From Lytechinus pictus (taxonomy: Eukaryota): a stretch of 60,000 nt of DNA. Each line of letters begins with the position of its first letter. Within the stretch, counting starts at the first letter, position 1. Shown piece after piece: positions 13,551 to 26,975 of the stretch. Below the pieces are notes generated by a model. The model did no database searches, was not told where the DNA came from, and worked only from the letters and a program-made list of their open reading frames with translations. Made by a program: the position numbers and the translations under genes. The DNA lies in NCBI RefSeq assembly GCF_037042905.1, contig NC_087251.1, positions 35,404,001 through 35,464,000 of the forward strand. Reading direction: 5' to 3'.

Positions 13551-14557
13551 TCTGCAATATACTGTATCATTGTATACCATGTTGTACTTGTTGGATCATG
13601 TTTTGATGTTAAGTTGTGCTGGTAAAACAAATAAAAGGCCCTTTTCTTAATAAATGCATAATTTATATTCATTGTGAGTTCGAAGCAGGTTGGTTGTTAA
13701 TCGCCTCATCCTACTGACATGCAAACTACCTTTTTTTCTGTATACAGTGTTTTACATTGAAGATGCTAAGTTACACTGAAAAAAAAGTAACTTTTTTTTC
13801 TAAAATCTTCCCTCTCTATTACTGATGTTTACTTCGTGCAATATTTTAACCAAGAGATAAACATACATGTACGTATATGATAAATGTATTTGTACATTTC
13901 AATACATGTCATATTCCATTTAAAATCACTTGTACCTTTTTTTTAAATATTTTTTTTCTTTTTCTTTATATTCACCAAATTACATGTTTGGTACATTTTG
14001 TACTTTTCTTTTGAACAGAATATTATCAGATTCCAATAATGTTCCGAAATTCTATTCAAGTCGTGGATATTCATGAAGAGCAACGTGTTTAAAAATAAAC
14101 GAATATTTGTCTGTGTGTGTGTTTGAAAAAAGAACAGAACCGGTACCATCAAAAGCAAACATTTAAAAAGTTCTCAAACAAGTAAAAGCTCTTTGTTTCG
14201 GATTCCGAATAATGAAGCTAATTAGCCCATTGGAAGTATTTGGTTTCACCTGGGCGTCAGCACAGAGCCCTTTTTTTTTGGGGGGGGGGGGCATATATTG
14301 CCCCCCCCCCCGCATAAAAAAAAATTATCTGTGCTGACGCCAATGATTTGCATAGAATAAATGCAGTCTATTTCCTGTCTGATCGCAGGTTTTATCAAAC
14401 ATTTTGTTTTACTGTCACGTATTGTCCGTGTTTGCTTAGTTATCATGTTTTATGACATTTTTTTTATTTTCTTTCTGCAGCATGTCTATCACCCTGGATT
14501 AAATATTTGACTTTGTTTTGGCGCAATACTCATCATACCGGTACTATTATCTTAACC

Positions 14558-14623
14558 ATGCTTGGAGTCAGAGCTCTCCGTGGCGGATGCCGAGGACGTG
14601 AAGCGGTTCGCATCTTACCGCAG
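14558..14623 (+). CDS. GATM: Glycine amidinotransferase (AGAT), coding exon 1 (mitochondrial presequence)
   Basis: MLGVRALRGGCRGREAVRILPQ resembles the vertebrate GATM N-terminus MLRVRCLRGGSRGAEAVH; accATG context; donor CAG|gtaagt, phase 0; an upstream acceptor tttctgcag ends at 14480. Confidence 0.9.
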
Positions 14624-15586
14624 GTAAGTATTCCTAATACTTCAGCCACACCAACGAAACTGACACCAAAGTCAACCGAAATACGCCAATTATAATAACT
14701 GAGTGATAGGTCTGGAGTATGTTTCATTGGTGTGACCTGATCGTAACCCCATAGAATAGTGGCATCATTAATTAATGCATCCTCTCCCGGGGACCCTTTC
14801 GTGAAAGTTGTCAGCATTGACATATTGACTTTCTCCGACAGTTGCCAAACGCCCCCAAAAGCCTCAAGACGAGGCATAAACACAGGATTCCTTGAGTTTT
14901 TCCAAGCTTCTAATATTTATATTTCTTTCAAATAATAATATGAAAAAGAAAAGTATCACATGCTCCACCTCATTTTCTCACCATTTTGGGTCATTTAAGT
15001 TCATCATGACGAAAGGTACGTTTTGAAGATAAGAGAGATGTTGGAGAAAAATATATGGGGAAGGTTTGGTGAAAATCCACCAAAGAAAAAAAATTATCAA
15101 TGTTTAATAAGTTTTTAATTTGTGAAGTCATATTCAGTCGTAGCCGTCGCAAAATTCATTCCAATTTTTGTCATGATGACTTAAAATATCTACTTCTAGA
15201 AGCGGATGTGAAGTGATGTTTTTGATCATATAATGAATGAACAAGTAAAATAATTTTCAAAATTTCTGATAAAAGGGCACTTTATTGAATTTTTATCACA
15301 TGGCACATGGGAAGCATGTGATGTCACAAAATCAAAATTTTAAAAAGCCATAACTTCGTAAGTGTTAGATGATTTTTGCCAAGTTTTCACCATTTATTTT
15401 TTATCCTCATCTGCTTTTATTAAAACAAACTTGATGTTAGGGTAAACTTTCCCTCTTAACATAAATGTAGTCACCCGGTTACTCTTAAGATAGGTACTGT
15501 ACATGTACATGTATGTATGCTTATCAAAGAAAAAACAAATAACGAAGTTTATGTGGGTTATTTTTTTTATTTGTTTTTATACCCAG

Positions 15587-15865
15587 GTGTTTCAGCGACT
15601 TGCACCAAGATGGGGACGTAAGCTGACTGTGTCCCAGTGCATGTCGTCTTCTGCTCACCCAGCACCAGGCGTGGCTGAAGCAGATGTAGCCGAACAGTCG
15701 ATCGAATCGTCTTCCACTGATCACACCATCGAGACGAGAGTCGTTAGTCCCATGCCAAGGCAGCAGTGTCCCGTGTGGTCGCACAATGAGTGGGATCCCC
15801 TGGAGGAGGTGATCGTCGGCCGTGTCGAAGGCGCTATGGTACCGCCCTTCTCCACCGAAGTCAAG
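15587..15865 (+). CDS. GATM: GATM coding exon 2
   Basis: cccag|GTG ... CPVWSHNEWDPLEEVIVGRVEGAMVPPFSTEVK|gtaaa; 279 nt, phase 0/0. Confidence 0.96.
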
Positions 15866-15931
15866 GTAAAAAAAAAATTAAGGATACGTGTGTGACAGAT
15901 GTTCCGGCATGAAAGACAACCCTCATGGTCT

Positions 15932-16239
15932 GATGGTTCCCACAGTCATGGAAAATCCTGGAAAAATATGTGGTCATGGAAAGTCAGGGAATTTGGAAAA
16001 TTTGTAAAAAGTCATGGAATTGCATTTACCTCTTGGCTATGGCAGCTTTCCAGTTTGTCGTGTCTCGCATCTCTCATACTCTGCTATTATAATTGGTGTT
16101 CATGATTTCCATTTTTCCCAGTTTTGTGACATCCCAACTCCCGGGACGTCATGGGAAGTCATGGAAAGCAGCAATTCAGTCACGGAAAAGTCATGGAAAA
16201 GGCATGGAATTCTGTTTTCAAATTTCTGTGGGAACCGTG
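15932..16239. mobile_element. MITE with GTCATGGAA internal repeats
   Basis: TIR GGTTCCCACAG/CTGTGGGAACC. Confidence 0.65.
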
Positions 16240-16465
16240 ACCCTTTTACACTAGAAGGCCTGCCTGCCAGTAACATAAAGCCTTGCGGCTGATGGTTTGG
16301 CAGATTTCTATGCTTTATTGCATTGATTATTGTGTATGATCAATCATAAATCCGCCCCACGATCAATCGCTGTGGCTTTTGTTACGGGGCCCCAGATATA
16401 ATTGGTAAAAACGTCACTATTTTTTTGCAATACTGCGGCTCAGCATTAACATTCTTTGCCCCGCT

Positions 16466-16706
16466 CAACCCAGGTTTCCTGTATTAAAAGTGATTAATCT
16501 CTTTGCCAATAAGATTCATTGATGTTTAGGATGTTCGTTTACAAAGCTTGATATGGTCGACCTTTCAAAGAAAAACAAAAGAAAGACAACCAGGTTTCCT
16601 GTATTAAAAGTGATTAATCTTTGCCAATAACTTTCATTGATGTTTAGGATGTTCGTTTACAAAGCTTGACATGGTCGACATTTCAAAGAGAAACAAAAGA
16701 AAGACA
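16466..16706. repeat. ~120-bp direct tandem duplication
   Basis: CCAGGTTTCCTGTATTAAAAGTGATTAATCT...CAAAAGAAAGACA occurs twice in a row. Confidence 0.9.
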
Positions 16707-17244
16707 TAAGGTTAAAACGCGGCCAGAAGATATTCCCAGATTTACAAGTTCTTTATGAATAAAAGCTTCGAGGAAATCGTTTTGATTTTTTAATAAAAAG
16801 ATCAGTTTAATTTTAGATCATTTTCAATAAAAAGTGCATTAATCAGCAACTACATGTATTTTAACCCTGGAATGAAAATATTTTATTGTTCATTTTTATT
16901 GTTTTATACACTTTGCAGAGGGCGGATTTGTATCCTGCATGTTTCATTGCAAGGGGCCCCGAAAACAATATTTGAATTGCTGAACCGAAAGCCAAATTAA
17001 CCCCCCCCCCCCTTAATTTATTTACCAACCAACATTTCTAATTGTGATGATCATCAATATTTGATGCAGTTTATTACATTGTTCATATATATCCACAGAA
17101 AAAAGGGGAAAGTCTGAAAAGGGGGGAAAAGGTCTCCCGGTTTGAAGAAAAAAAAATGTTTCAAGCGTGATGATAGAAAATTGTTTCCATACAAAATTGA
17201 ATGATATGTTCATTGTATTTTTTGTGTTTGTTTTTTTTCGACAG

Positions 17245-17440
17245 GCCAATACATACCAGTATCATTGGGACTTCTTCCAGAAAAATGGAGGAAAATCCTT
17301 CCCTGCTAAACATCTGCAGTTGGCCCATGAGGAAGTTGAAGAATTCGTCCGGATTCTAGAGGCAGAAGGCATCACAGTTCGTCGCCCAGAAATCTGCGAC
17401 TTCTCGAAAGAATATGTCACCCCCGATTTCCGTTCGAGCG
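17245..17440 (+). CDS. GATM: GATM coding exon 3
   Basis: acag|ANTYQYHWDFFQKNGG...EGITVRRP...TPDFRSS G|gtaac; 196 nt, phase 0/1. Confidence 0.96.
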
Positions 17441-18172
17441 GTAACGTTAGAGTTTGTGTCTGGTTTCAAACCAATCTGTCTTGAGCTTTCCTGGGAATTT
17501 GCTAACACCAGACCCTGTGGACAGCACTGGAGATACAGTGATAAAGCTACATGGATGGGGGCGGGGTTGCTTGAAAATTGCTTTCCCAAAAGAAAAATAT
17601 CTTTTTTAATCTTAGACACTATTTTGCCTGTTCGGGACTAAGAGAACAGGGAGAGTGAGAGAATGACTTTATCTGGCGACATGTAGGAGAAAAATTAAAA
17701 CAATTGCATAGCTGATCTTGTTCATAAAATTGATTTCACTTTAGTCGATGGTTAATACATGTGACTATGGTTTACATCTTAATGGATGGATTAAATTAAT
17801 TTGGATAAATAAAAAAACATGTCTTTATGGATGCGAGACCCACACGTTTTGTCAAATTCCCTCAAGATTCATAAGACAATTTGAAAATAGTTAAAGAAAT
17901 TAGTAATGTTCATTCCAAAGAGTATCTTTCAGATGGGAAGTCTTAAAATCCCACCTAATAGTAATTTTACTCGTTATCACCATAATGTTTGATTTGTATG
18001 TTACAGTTCAGGGGTGCGAAGTAACAATTTAACCACACATCGTTTAAACTTTTGTGTTCAATCAATTTTATAGTTTTATACCTCCGCCCTCCGAATATAT
18101 AGGTGGCTGTTGGAGGCATTTTGCGTTCGGTTTGTCCCGTCTCGAGAATCCACCTCGGTTGATTTGTTTGGG

Positions 18173-18863
18173 TTTTTGTCTCGCCTGCATAGCAGAGCAA
18201 AACTATAGGCGCCGCTTTTCCGACGGCGGCGCCGTCGTCAACATTGAAATCTTAACCAAGGTTCAGTTTCTGAAATATCATAACTTAGAAAGTATATAAA
18301 CCTAGTTCATGAAACTTGGACATAAGGGTGATCAAGTATTACTGAACATCCTGCTAGAGTTTCAGTTCACATGACCAAGGTCAAAGGTCATTTAGGGTCA
18401 ATGAACTTTGATAATGTTTGGGGTATTTGTTGAATTGTCATGACTATAAAAATTTATAGATGTAGTTCATGAAACTTGGACAGAAGAGTAACCATGTATC
18501 CCTGAATATCCTGTGCGTGTTTCAGGTCGACACATGACCAAGATCAAAGGCCATTTAAGGTCAATGAACTTTGGCCGTGTTTGGGGTATTTGTTGAATTG
18601 GCATAACAATAGCAAGTTTATGGATCTAGTTCATGAAACTTGGACAGAAGAGTAACCATGTATAAATGATTGTTTTGCACACATCTTAGATCACATGATC
18701 ATGGTCAAAGGTCATGTTGGGTCAATGGATATAATATTCTACTATTGTATTAGTGCTTTTTTTTATTTTAAATAATTATACAAAAGCTGTTTTCAAAGTT
18801 AGCACTGCTGCTATATTGAATCGCATAATGCTGGCGAGACAGCCAGAGGCGTTCCACTTGTTT
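18173..18863 (+). mobile_element. Helentron/DINE-1-like non-autonomous element in GATM intron 3
   Basis: Subterminal IR GTCTCGCCTGCAT/ATGCTGGCGAGAC; T-rich ends; no clear TSD; internal ~120-bp tandem units. Confidence 0.75.
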
Positions 18864-18927
18864 ATTTATGGGGGGGGGGGGTGAAATACAAATGTATCCC
18901 ATTACTTGAGTTTCAACATTTCTGCAG

Positions 18928-19118
18928 GTCTTTATTCGGCGATGCCACGCGATGTGCTCCTCGTCCTCGGAGACGAAATCATTGAATGCCCCATGGCCTG
19001 GCGATCTCGCTTCTTTGAGTACCGTGCTTTCAGACCCCTGATCCGAGAGTATTTCAAACTTGGCGCCCGTTGGACCACCCCACCAAAGCCACTCATGAAT
19101 GATGAGCTCTACGATCAG
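18928..19118 (+). CDS. GATM: GATM coding exon 4
   Basis: tgcag|(G)[35 protein letters not shown]...DELYDQ|gtaaa; 191 nt, phase 1/0. Confidence 0.97.
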
Positions 19119-22100
19119 GTAAAAAATCATACTTATATTTCATTTTCTTCGAGTTGAAACTTTGCATTTTCTACATCTTATCTTATTAACTCATTTGAAC
19201 GCTTGTATAGATTTATCATATAGATGAACAATTTAAAGGCCAACTCTTGTACAAAAAAACACGATAATAATCATAATCATATATATCTAAGAAGAAATCG
19301 CTCAAACAAAATATGAGATTTAATAAAGCATCTCAGAGTTTTGATAAGAAAATATATTTTTTTTATTTAAATTTAATAAATAGAAAAAAAATCATACATG
19401 TACTTACTTTTTTTTCAAGTAGATCAACATACAAGACACAAAAATCACGATAGTAAATTATGGTTATGGTTTTGCTCTAGAACATTTTTATATTTAGCTG
19501 GATGGGGGATGAATTATATAATTTTCAAGAAGTAAAAACAAATTTAGCTTTTATGTAACTTTCTACTACATTTATTCACTTTAATTTTCTTATATATCTG
19601 ATTAAAATGTATGTTGTTGGTTTTTTTTACTGGACTTGGCATTTGAATTGTCTAATGAATGTCAAATGTCTCTCGGCGGTATTTGTGATTATTTTTTTCA
19701 ATTCGAATGTTGTTGGTTATGTATATTGAAACAAATTGCTCTTCTTTTACATGTAAATCTTGATGATATACTGAACGGCTCCAAGCAGCTGCACTATTAA
19801 GACTGTATCATTTCAAATACAAATAATGTAGAAGTTATTTTTGCTACTTTCGATCATATTCTTTTTTAAGGAAATAAGGTCGTTAATTGAGAGAAACAAA
19901 AAGCCAACGTGTGCTTCCGTGCGTATGGTTTAAGTTCAGTGAATAAGCATGATACACTGTACATGTAAGTGCATTTTTTTATGGCACCACTGCAAGGTTT
20001 TTAGTAGTTTAATGCTTGTTTTGCCTCGCCTGAATACTTAGCAGAAGCGACAGAATTACTGGCGCCGCTTTTCAGAATATTTACATTAAGTGAAAACTTA
20101 TTACGTGACACCATCACGTGTAATAGGCCTACATGTATGAATTTCTGACACGAAATCGTTTTTTTTTTCAATGTCAACGCTTTTTATTTATTTTTTCAAA
20201 AATGATACCCTTCTTTGAATTATACGTTTTGACCATGTACGTGTAAACTCATAATGTATTCTCAATCAAAGAAATTGTTCATTTATTCTCTACAAGATTC
20301 ACACCAAAATGTATTTCAATAAACGATATATTCTCAAGATTCGAGAACATCGAATTGACATCGTCATTTATCAGTACCAAACAGAGCTCCTTTGCATATA
20401 TCATGAAAAAGGGTATAAGAATTATCTACAGTACAAGATTCTATCAGAGGACTTTAATACCTATTAAGGAAATTGTGATTCATGGTATTCCAGTAATGGC
20501 GATCGTGCGTTCCATCAAGTGCAATTTTATACTACACTTCCTCGATTCAAGATACTGCAAAACAAAAATTCGAGCTTACTGAAATTTCCTATTTTTTGTC
20601 CAAATTACGTGTCAAATTACGTGATTTGTATTCAAATAAGATAATATGCATGTACATGTATCTGTAAATTCATATGGAGTGATAAGGAAATCAGGGAGAA
20701 GAAAGAGCATTTGATAAAGATTTTTTTTTCCTACAGCATGTTATGAATGTTGGTATGACTTGAATTAATTGATATGGGAAGGGATCTGTTCTGATAATAC
20801 ATGTAGGGATGATTAACGTAGGGTTCAGTGTGGTATTGAAAAGGTCTGGTAGGGTCCACAGTCTCAATTGTTGAAATGCTCGTATACTTGAACATACATG
20901 TAGAACATACATGTAGAACCATAAAATTGATAAATAGAAGGCATCATTAACATATATCTGTCAATGTACTTTGGACACGAACTGATTAATATTAAAGGAT
21001 GATTAGTTTACGATGAAATGATAAAACTTTGAATATTTCATCATTTTATCTAGGAGAGCACATGCACTGACATCTACATGTACTTGTGCATCGTATGCCT
21101 ATCCTATTACGTCTTACAAACTTTGATGTTTTAAATTATTATTTTAAATATTTTTTCGTACACACTCACTTAGATATAGGTATCTCGATTTGATAAAAGG
21201 AATGTAACTAACACATCAAATATCTCCTTGTAAGCAAAATTCATCATATTTCTTGAGCACCTCGTATATTTACAAATAATGTACTTTTCAACTGATCCAC
21301 AATTTTTTTACTCATGGATTTGATATCAATTCTTTAAGCAACTTAAGCAACTTTATCACTTTTTGGAGATGATTTATTATTAAAATAAAATGGATCAAGA
21401 TCACTCTTTAACAAAGTTGTAAATACTGATAGTTATAGACTGATAGCACGAGGGAGGACATGGATGAACATTAGCATGTACGTGCAATTTGCATGTCCGC
21501 AGGATCGTGGAACTATCATAATACATGTGTATGAGATCATTGACTTATTATAGTATTTTGAATTAGATCACGCTCATCTAGAATTACCCCCGCACCCTTT
21601 TCTTCCCGGGCTTGCTTCGTTGCGAATGCGCTATGTACTGCACTGTGCTAGGCCAGTTGCATTCCTTTGATTTATGATCTTGCTTGATAGTTCACAGCAA
21701 GGGCAAAACAGCTGTCAGCATGGTTTCTCTTTCCTAAATTAGGTCATGGAAAAATGATTGCCGGGATTTATCCCTTTGTCTCCTTAATTCTATTTCTTCT
21801 TAAGATATTCTGTCTTCTTTTTTTTTTCTCTCCTGTTTCTTCTTCTTCTCCTCCCCCTCCTCCTTCTCCTCCTCCCCTCTTGTCCTCCCTTCTCCCTATT
21901 CACCCACCTATCCATTTTCCTCTGTCTCCCCCTCTACCTCTTCTTTACTGTTATGTATGTGGCAAGTTAACCTTAATCAGGCTGAGTTGGTTTTTTTAAT
22001 AGCATATCTCACCCAACCCTTATATTTGAGATCTTGACCATCGAACGCGCGGTCACGCCCACAATCGGCATGCACGTCACCTGTGACGTCAACCATTTTC

Positions 22101-24986
22101 CTTAGTTATCACATTTTACGAAATAATTCAAGAAGTAATTTATTTTAGCCATGAATCATAGTTATGGCTCCGGATAACCTCTTTTTTTGTAAAAAAAGTA
22201 AGTTCCCTTTGTAGTCTTTGTTAACAAGTATACATGAAAAAATAAAATCATCATTAATAGATATCACAAAATAATCATACATTTACATTTTTTTGCAGAA
22301 AACTCAACTAGTTTTTATTTTTTTACATGAAATCACATGTTTGGAATATTTTCATTCTGTATGCTGCGTAAATTCTAAAATTTCGTACTCGGACGTTGCG
22401 GATTTGGTGTAAAAATGTGCGAAATGCCCCCCCCCCCCATCCCCTGATCTTAGCGCGCTACAGGGAATGAATACATGTATTATTTCCTGAATAATCTAAG
22501 GCCGAGGTGGGGGTAGAGGTAGATTCCAACCCAGTCTTTTTAGAGTTCAAAGCCTGTACGTTTTGCACTTCATTGGCCTTCCATGCTAAAAATTATCGTA
22601 ATTACACACTATAGTCCTTTGAAAAAAAAGAGAGCCTCAGGTTAGTCCATTGAGTTATTACTCAGTGCTCCATTGTGAAATTAATGTGCAGAATATGTGT
22701 GCTTTGAATTTGGCAAATGGGATAGCACCGTATATTTTGTTTTCATGTTTATTTGGCATCGTTGGCAAGCATCATTTATGTACACGTAGATATGTTTTAT
22801 TCCTGCGCTTTGTTTGCCTTTTTTACACATGGTAACTAAATTTTTAGACCTTCTTGCCTCACAAGAAAGATCGAACAATGAAGACATATCATTTTTTAAA
22901 GCTAGATACAATCTGGGATTGTCTTTTGATATAGATTACGAGTAAAGCTAAAAAAAATATCATAGCATATCAATATTGCCAGTGTCTTGTCACGATTGTG
23001 TATGTACCCCCTTAATTCATGTTATTTGTTCGTTCGCTTGCTTGTATATTCTAAAGAGTCCATACTCCTAAAAAATATATAGAATAAGGCAATATATTTA
23101 TTTTGTGCTTTTATGTGTTGTGTTGTGTACTACACCATCAGTTATTTAGTCTTATTTTGAATAAACAAGGAAAGTCTAAACGTAATTATTTGTAAAAAAA
23201 ACGTCAACAAGCACATATCACTCCTCTAAGTTACCGCGCATCATTTAGATAGATATGAAATGTATGAAGGGTGGACTTGAATTAGTTCAGTTATTTTGGG
23301 AAATACCGTATATAGCTTCATGTATAGCCTGGCGTAGAAAATCATTTCTCCAAGTATACTGACAAAATGCATACGGTGAATATTCCCTGATTGAAATAAA
23401 ATCTTGAAAAGAAGAGAAAATAACACCAAGAAGGTGAAAGCTGATTCAGTATGAGACTTGTACATGTAGCCTACATGTACATTGTAGCACGGTGCATGCT
23501 CTCTGACTGAGTTTAATTTGCCATGGCCGAGATTCCTCTCCAACTAGTCATTAAAATAGATGCATCTCACAGGCTCGCATGTATCATCATCAGCGTCCAG
23601 TATATAGACGTAGAGAAGTGACCTCTCAAATCATATGAAAATGGTGTAATTAAATTCTCATAATGTCACTGTATGAGGTTTATAGAGTAGGCCTTTTCAG
23701 AAGAATATGAAGAGTATTAAGATTTTTTGTAAGAAGACAGAATGTGATCAGGTAATAGATTGACAATAATTATTCTCCTGAAATTTATAATGATACTGCT
23801 TATCCTTTGCCAAAATGCGAAAGGTACTATTTACATTTTTTGAGTGAAAATGATTAAAATTTTGATATCAATTGATGAAATTACTTTGTTTGGTTTGTTC
23901 AAATGTTTTTGTTTTCTTAATTTACATTTAATTTAGTTTTATCCTGTCCTCAACAATGCAAACGGATATTTCATGGAAGCTCAAAAAATGCTGAATAGTA
24001 CCTCGGCTGTGTAACCATTTAATTTTCGCGAGACTTATCGCTTCCTTGTGTGTGTAGATGGCTACGCCCAGCGTAGTCGTGGATTGGTCGATCGATGCCG
24101 TTTCTTGGCGAGTACGTGGATGACAACGCCGCCGAAACCACGGAGACGTGGTTGACCTACCGGACGAACCCCTCGACGAACTCCACCTCGTTGAGAATTG
24201 CGAAATTCCCAGGGAGGATCTTGGGATGCCCCGAGCTCCACCTAGCGACAGTACCTTTATATTTGTGAACATTTTTGTAATGTTTGGTAGTTTGTATACC
24301 TTAATAAAAATGATAAATATTCCATATGCTGTTCCAAAATTGAATATTCAAACAACTCGTTTACTTGTCTACGGACGAAAGTGTCATTTTAGAAAGAAAA
24401 AGAAATATTGTTTTAGAATAAAAATGACTTGAAATTTGAAATGTGATTGCGAAAAAGCATAAGCTGGGCTGATGATATAGTTTGTACTCATGAGGTCTTT
24501 TTAAAATTCATGCTCAATGGAAACATATTTATGAAAATGTATCTGACATGTTTTTCTTTGAAATATGGACTTATTTATTCTGTAAAACGCAAAAGATATA
24601 TACATATATTTATACATTTGCCTGAAGTTATTTTAATGGTAGCACTTTATAAACACAAAATGAATGCTTTGTAAATGTTTATCGTATACATGTAATAGCA
24701 CACTCTGACGTGAAAACAAAAATCATCGCCCAGCTTTCAAATCCTTTCAATATCTTTATTGTCCTACATGAGTATATATAGAACAAATAAATCTATGTGG
24801 CCTGGCACAGGCTATTAAATATTGCTAATTTCTTGGTTTTCCAGTTCTTGGTATTTAATGAATAAAGGACAATAACTTTTAGGTAATTTGGAAAAATTAA
24901 GAAAAACATGTTAGGCTTATAATGTTGACAACCTACTTGGAAAGAAATACAATGTTTTAATGTATGTGTTTTCTTCTCCCTTGTAG

Positions 24987-25124
24987 AATTATCCAATGGA
25001 CACTGTTGAAGACCGCCACCATTTGGCAGCAGAGGGAAAGTTCATTACAACGGAGTACGAACCTTGTTTTGATGCAGCTGATTTCATCCGGGCAGGCAAA
25101 GATATTTTCGTTCAGAGAAGTCAG
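24987..25124 (+). CDS. GATM: GATM coding exon 5 (not in ORF track)
   Basis: Hand translation: tgtag|[46 protein letters not shown]|gtgaa; contains the catalytic Asp motif CFDAAD; 138 nt. Confidence 0.96.
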
Positions 25125-25479
25125 GTGAATGATTGATTGATTGTTTGGTTGTTTGATTGATTAAATGATTGATTGATTGATTTTGTTTGTTTCAGTACAT
25201 TTGTTTATTTCTACGCCTACTGTTTGTGGTTACAGAAGGCATGATTTCGGGTAGCTTGTCGATACCCTTAACTATGGTAAATGTATATGACAGGAAAAAG
25301 ATGGGGTTCTTTTACAGCATTCTTGGACCCCTCCCATTTTTTTGTGGTTTGTTAAATTTCTTTCTGTTCGAGGGCAATAGACCAGTTCGTAGTTACCTCA
25401 TGGACAATTTTGGTCAAATGACCTTTCATTTCTTTCACTATGATAGGCAGATTTCAAAGCAAGATATTACGTAAGCTTG

Positions 25480-26600
25480 CCTTACATAGCAGGATGAAGA
25501 AATCGAATAGACCAGGTGACTAGAATAGCACACCAATGAACAATTTATGAAGGTATTTGTTGCATTCCTACTTTGAATACATATCATAGCATGTTGCACA
25601 ATGTACTTGGCAAACTGTGAAATACCAGTCGTTCGTGGACGCATTGTTGTTTTTGTGGATGTAAATGAAAACCACAATTTTAATTAAGACATCAAAGTTG
25701 GTGCTTATCTCACTAGATTTTAAACCGCCATGTCACTTTAGTACAAATTACCTTCATCTGATCATGCATATAATATTTTGATCATGCGCAGAAAGGAACT
25801 ACGAACTGGCTTATATAATATTGATTCTGATATTTTATCGATCAGGTGTTGTTTTCCCCAAGGTTCAATCCGTGGTCCTTTATTGTTTCTTATGTATTTA
25901 AATGAAATTCGTAATATTACATCAATTCAATTCATGTTATTTGCAGATGACATGGAAATGCCCCCCCCCCCACAATTAATAAAAATATCAATGTTCAAAT
26001 ACCCAAAGCCTCCACGTAGTTTAGAAGTAACAGAGCATTTTTAGTTTAAAAAATTACCAAAAAACCAAAACAAATCAGTGCATTGCTGTCAATAACAAAT
26101 CTGTCGATCATGATATTTTTTTAAATGATATGACACATGATCAGAAAAAAGTACAATTTTTTTAGACCAATTCGATGACAAACTAAGCTAGAATTCACTT
26201 GAAGTTGTAATTTATTTATCACGTCGAGTTAGTGTATTATAGGGTCATACTGGGTTATGTTCCTCGCCAAGTGTCGTTTACTATTATTTCCGATTACCGG
26301 TATACCGCTTTCTATTTCATACTGTAATGGGCTTGTCAAACACATAAATCAACTCAAATTCTTCAGAAATAAGCTCTCTGAAATTGTACAAATTCAGACT
26401 ACCGCGCACATTCAAACCCATTGTTTCATCAGCCGTGTACCCTTTTTATACATGCCAACCATTCTCTTAATCCTTCTCTTTCCATGCGTTGATTCCGAAT
26501 CCGCGAACTTCCCACCAATATGTTTCGTATTAATTCACCTATTAATGATTACTCAACCCGAACTTCTTCAAAGATGCAGATCAAATCCAAGAACAGCTCG
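25480..26600 (+). mobile_element. Degraded CR1/L2-type LINE reverse transcriptase fragment
   Basis: FPQGSIRGPLLFLMYLNEI...FMLFADD matches the RT motifs GVPQGS and (Y/F)ADD; boundaries approximate. Confidence 0.8.
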
Positions 26601-26975
26601 ATCTATAGGCGATAGGTCTATGCAGTTCCATTGTGCCTCATCACACGCAATTTTACATGTACACACCTCGACGGATGAGGAGCTACCTTTCCTCTATACA
26701 GTGTATGTCCGCAAATGAATGAGATGGGGGAGATTTATGAAATAACAAGCACTGGCACCATTCTGTAAAGCATAGCCGAAAAACATATAACTCACATCAT
26801 TTTGTTGGGTTATTATTAAAGCAGATCAATCAACGCTTGTTATCACCTCGAATATTCGGATGAAATAGTATTGTTCCAACGGCATCTTGGGTGGATAGTT
26901 TTTACCAATGACTGCTGCGACATGCACTATTTGTTCATTGGTAAGTGATTGTTAATTTTAATTGTTACTTATCAG

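Noticed and set aside
320..14446. Many short ORFs in the track upstream of GATM
   Set aside because: They lie in repeats or low-complexity DNA; no recognisable domains apart from the LINE remnants listed.
24103..24145. WMTTPPKP resembling GATM WTTPPKP (duplicated exon 4)
   Set aside because: Match is only ~7 residues and flanks do not align; probably chance.
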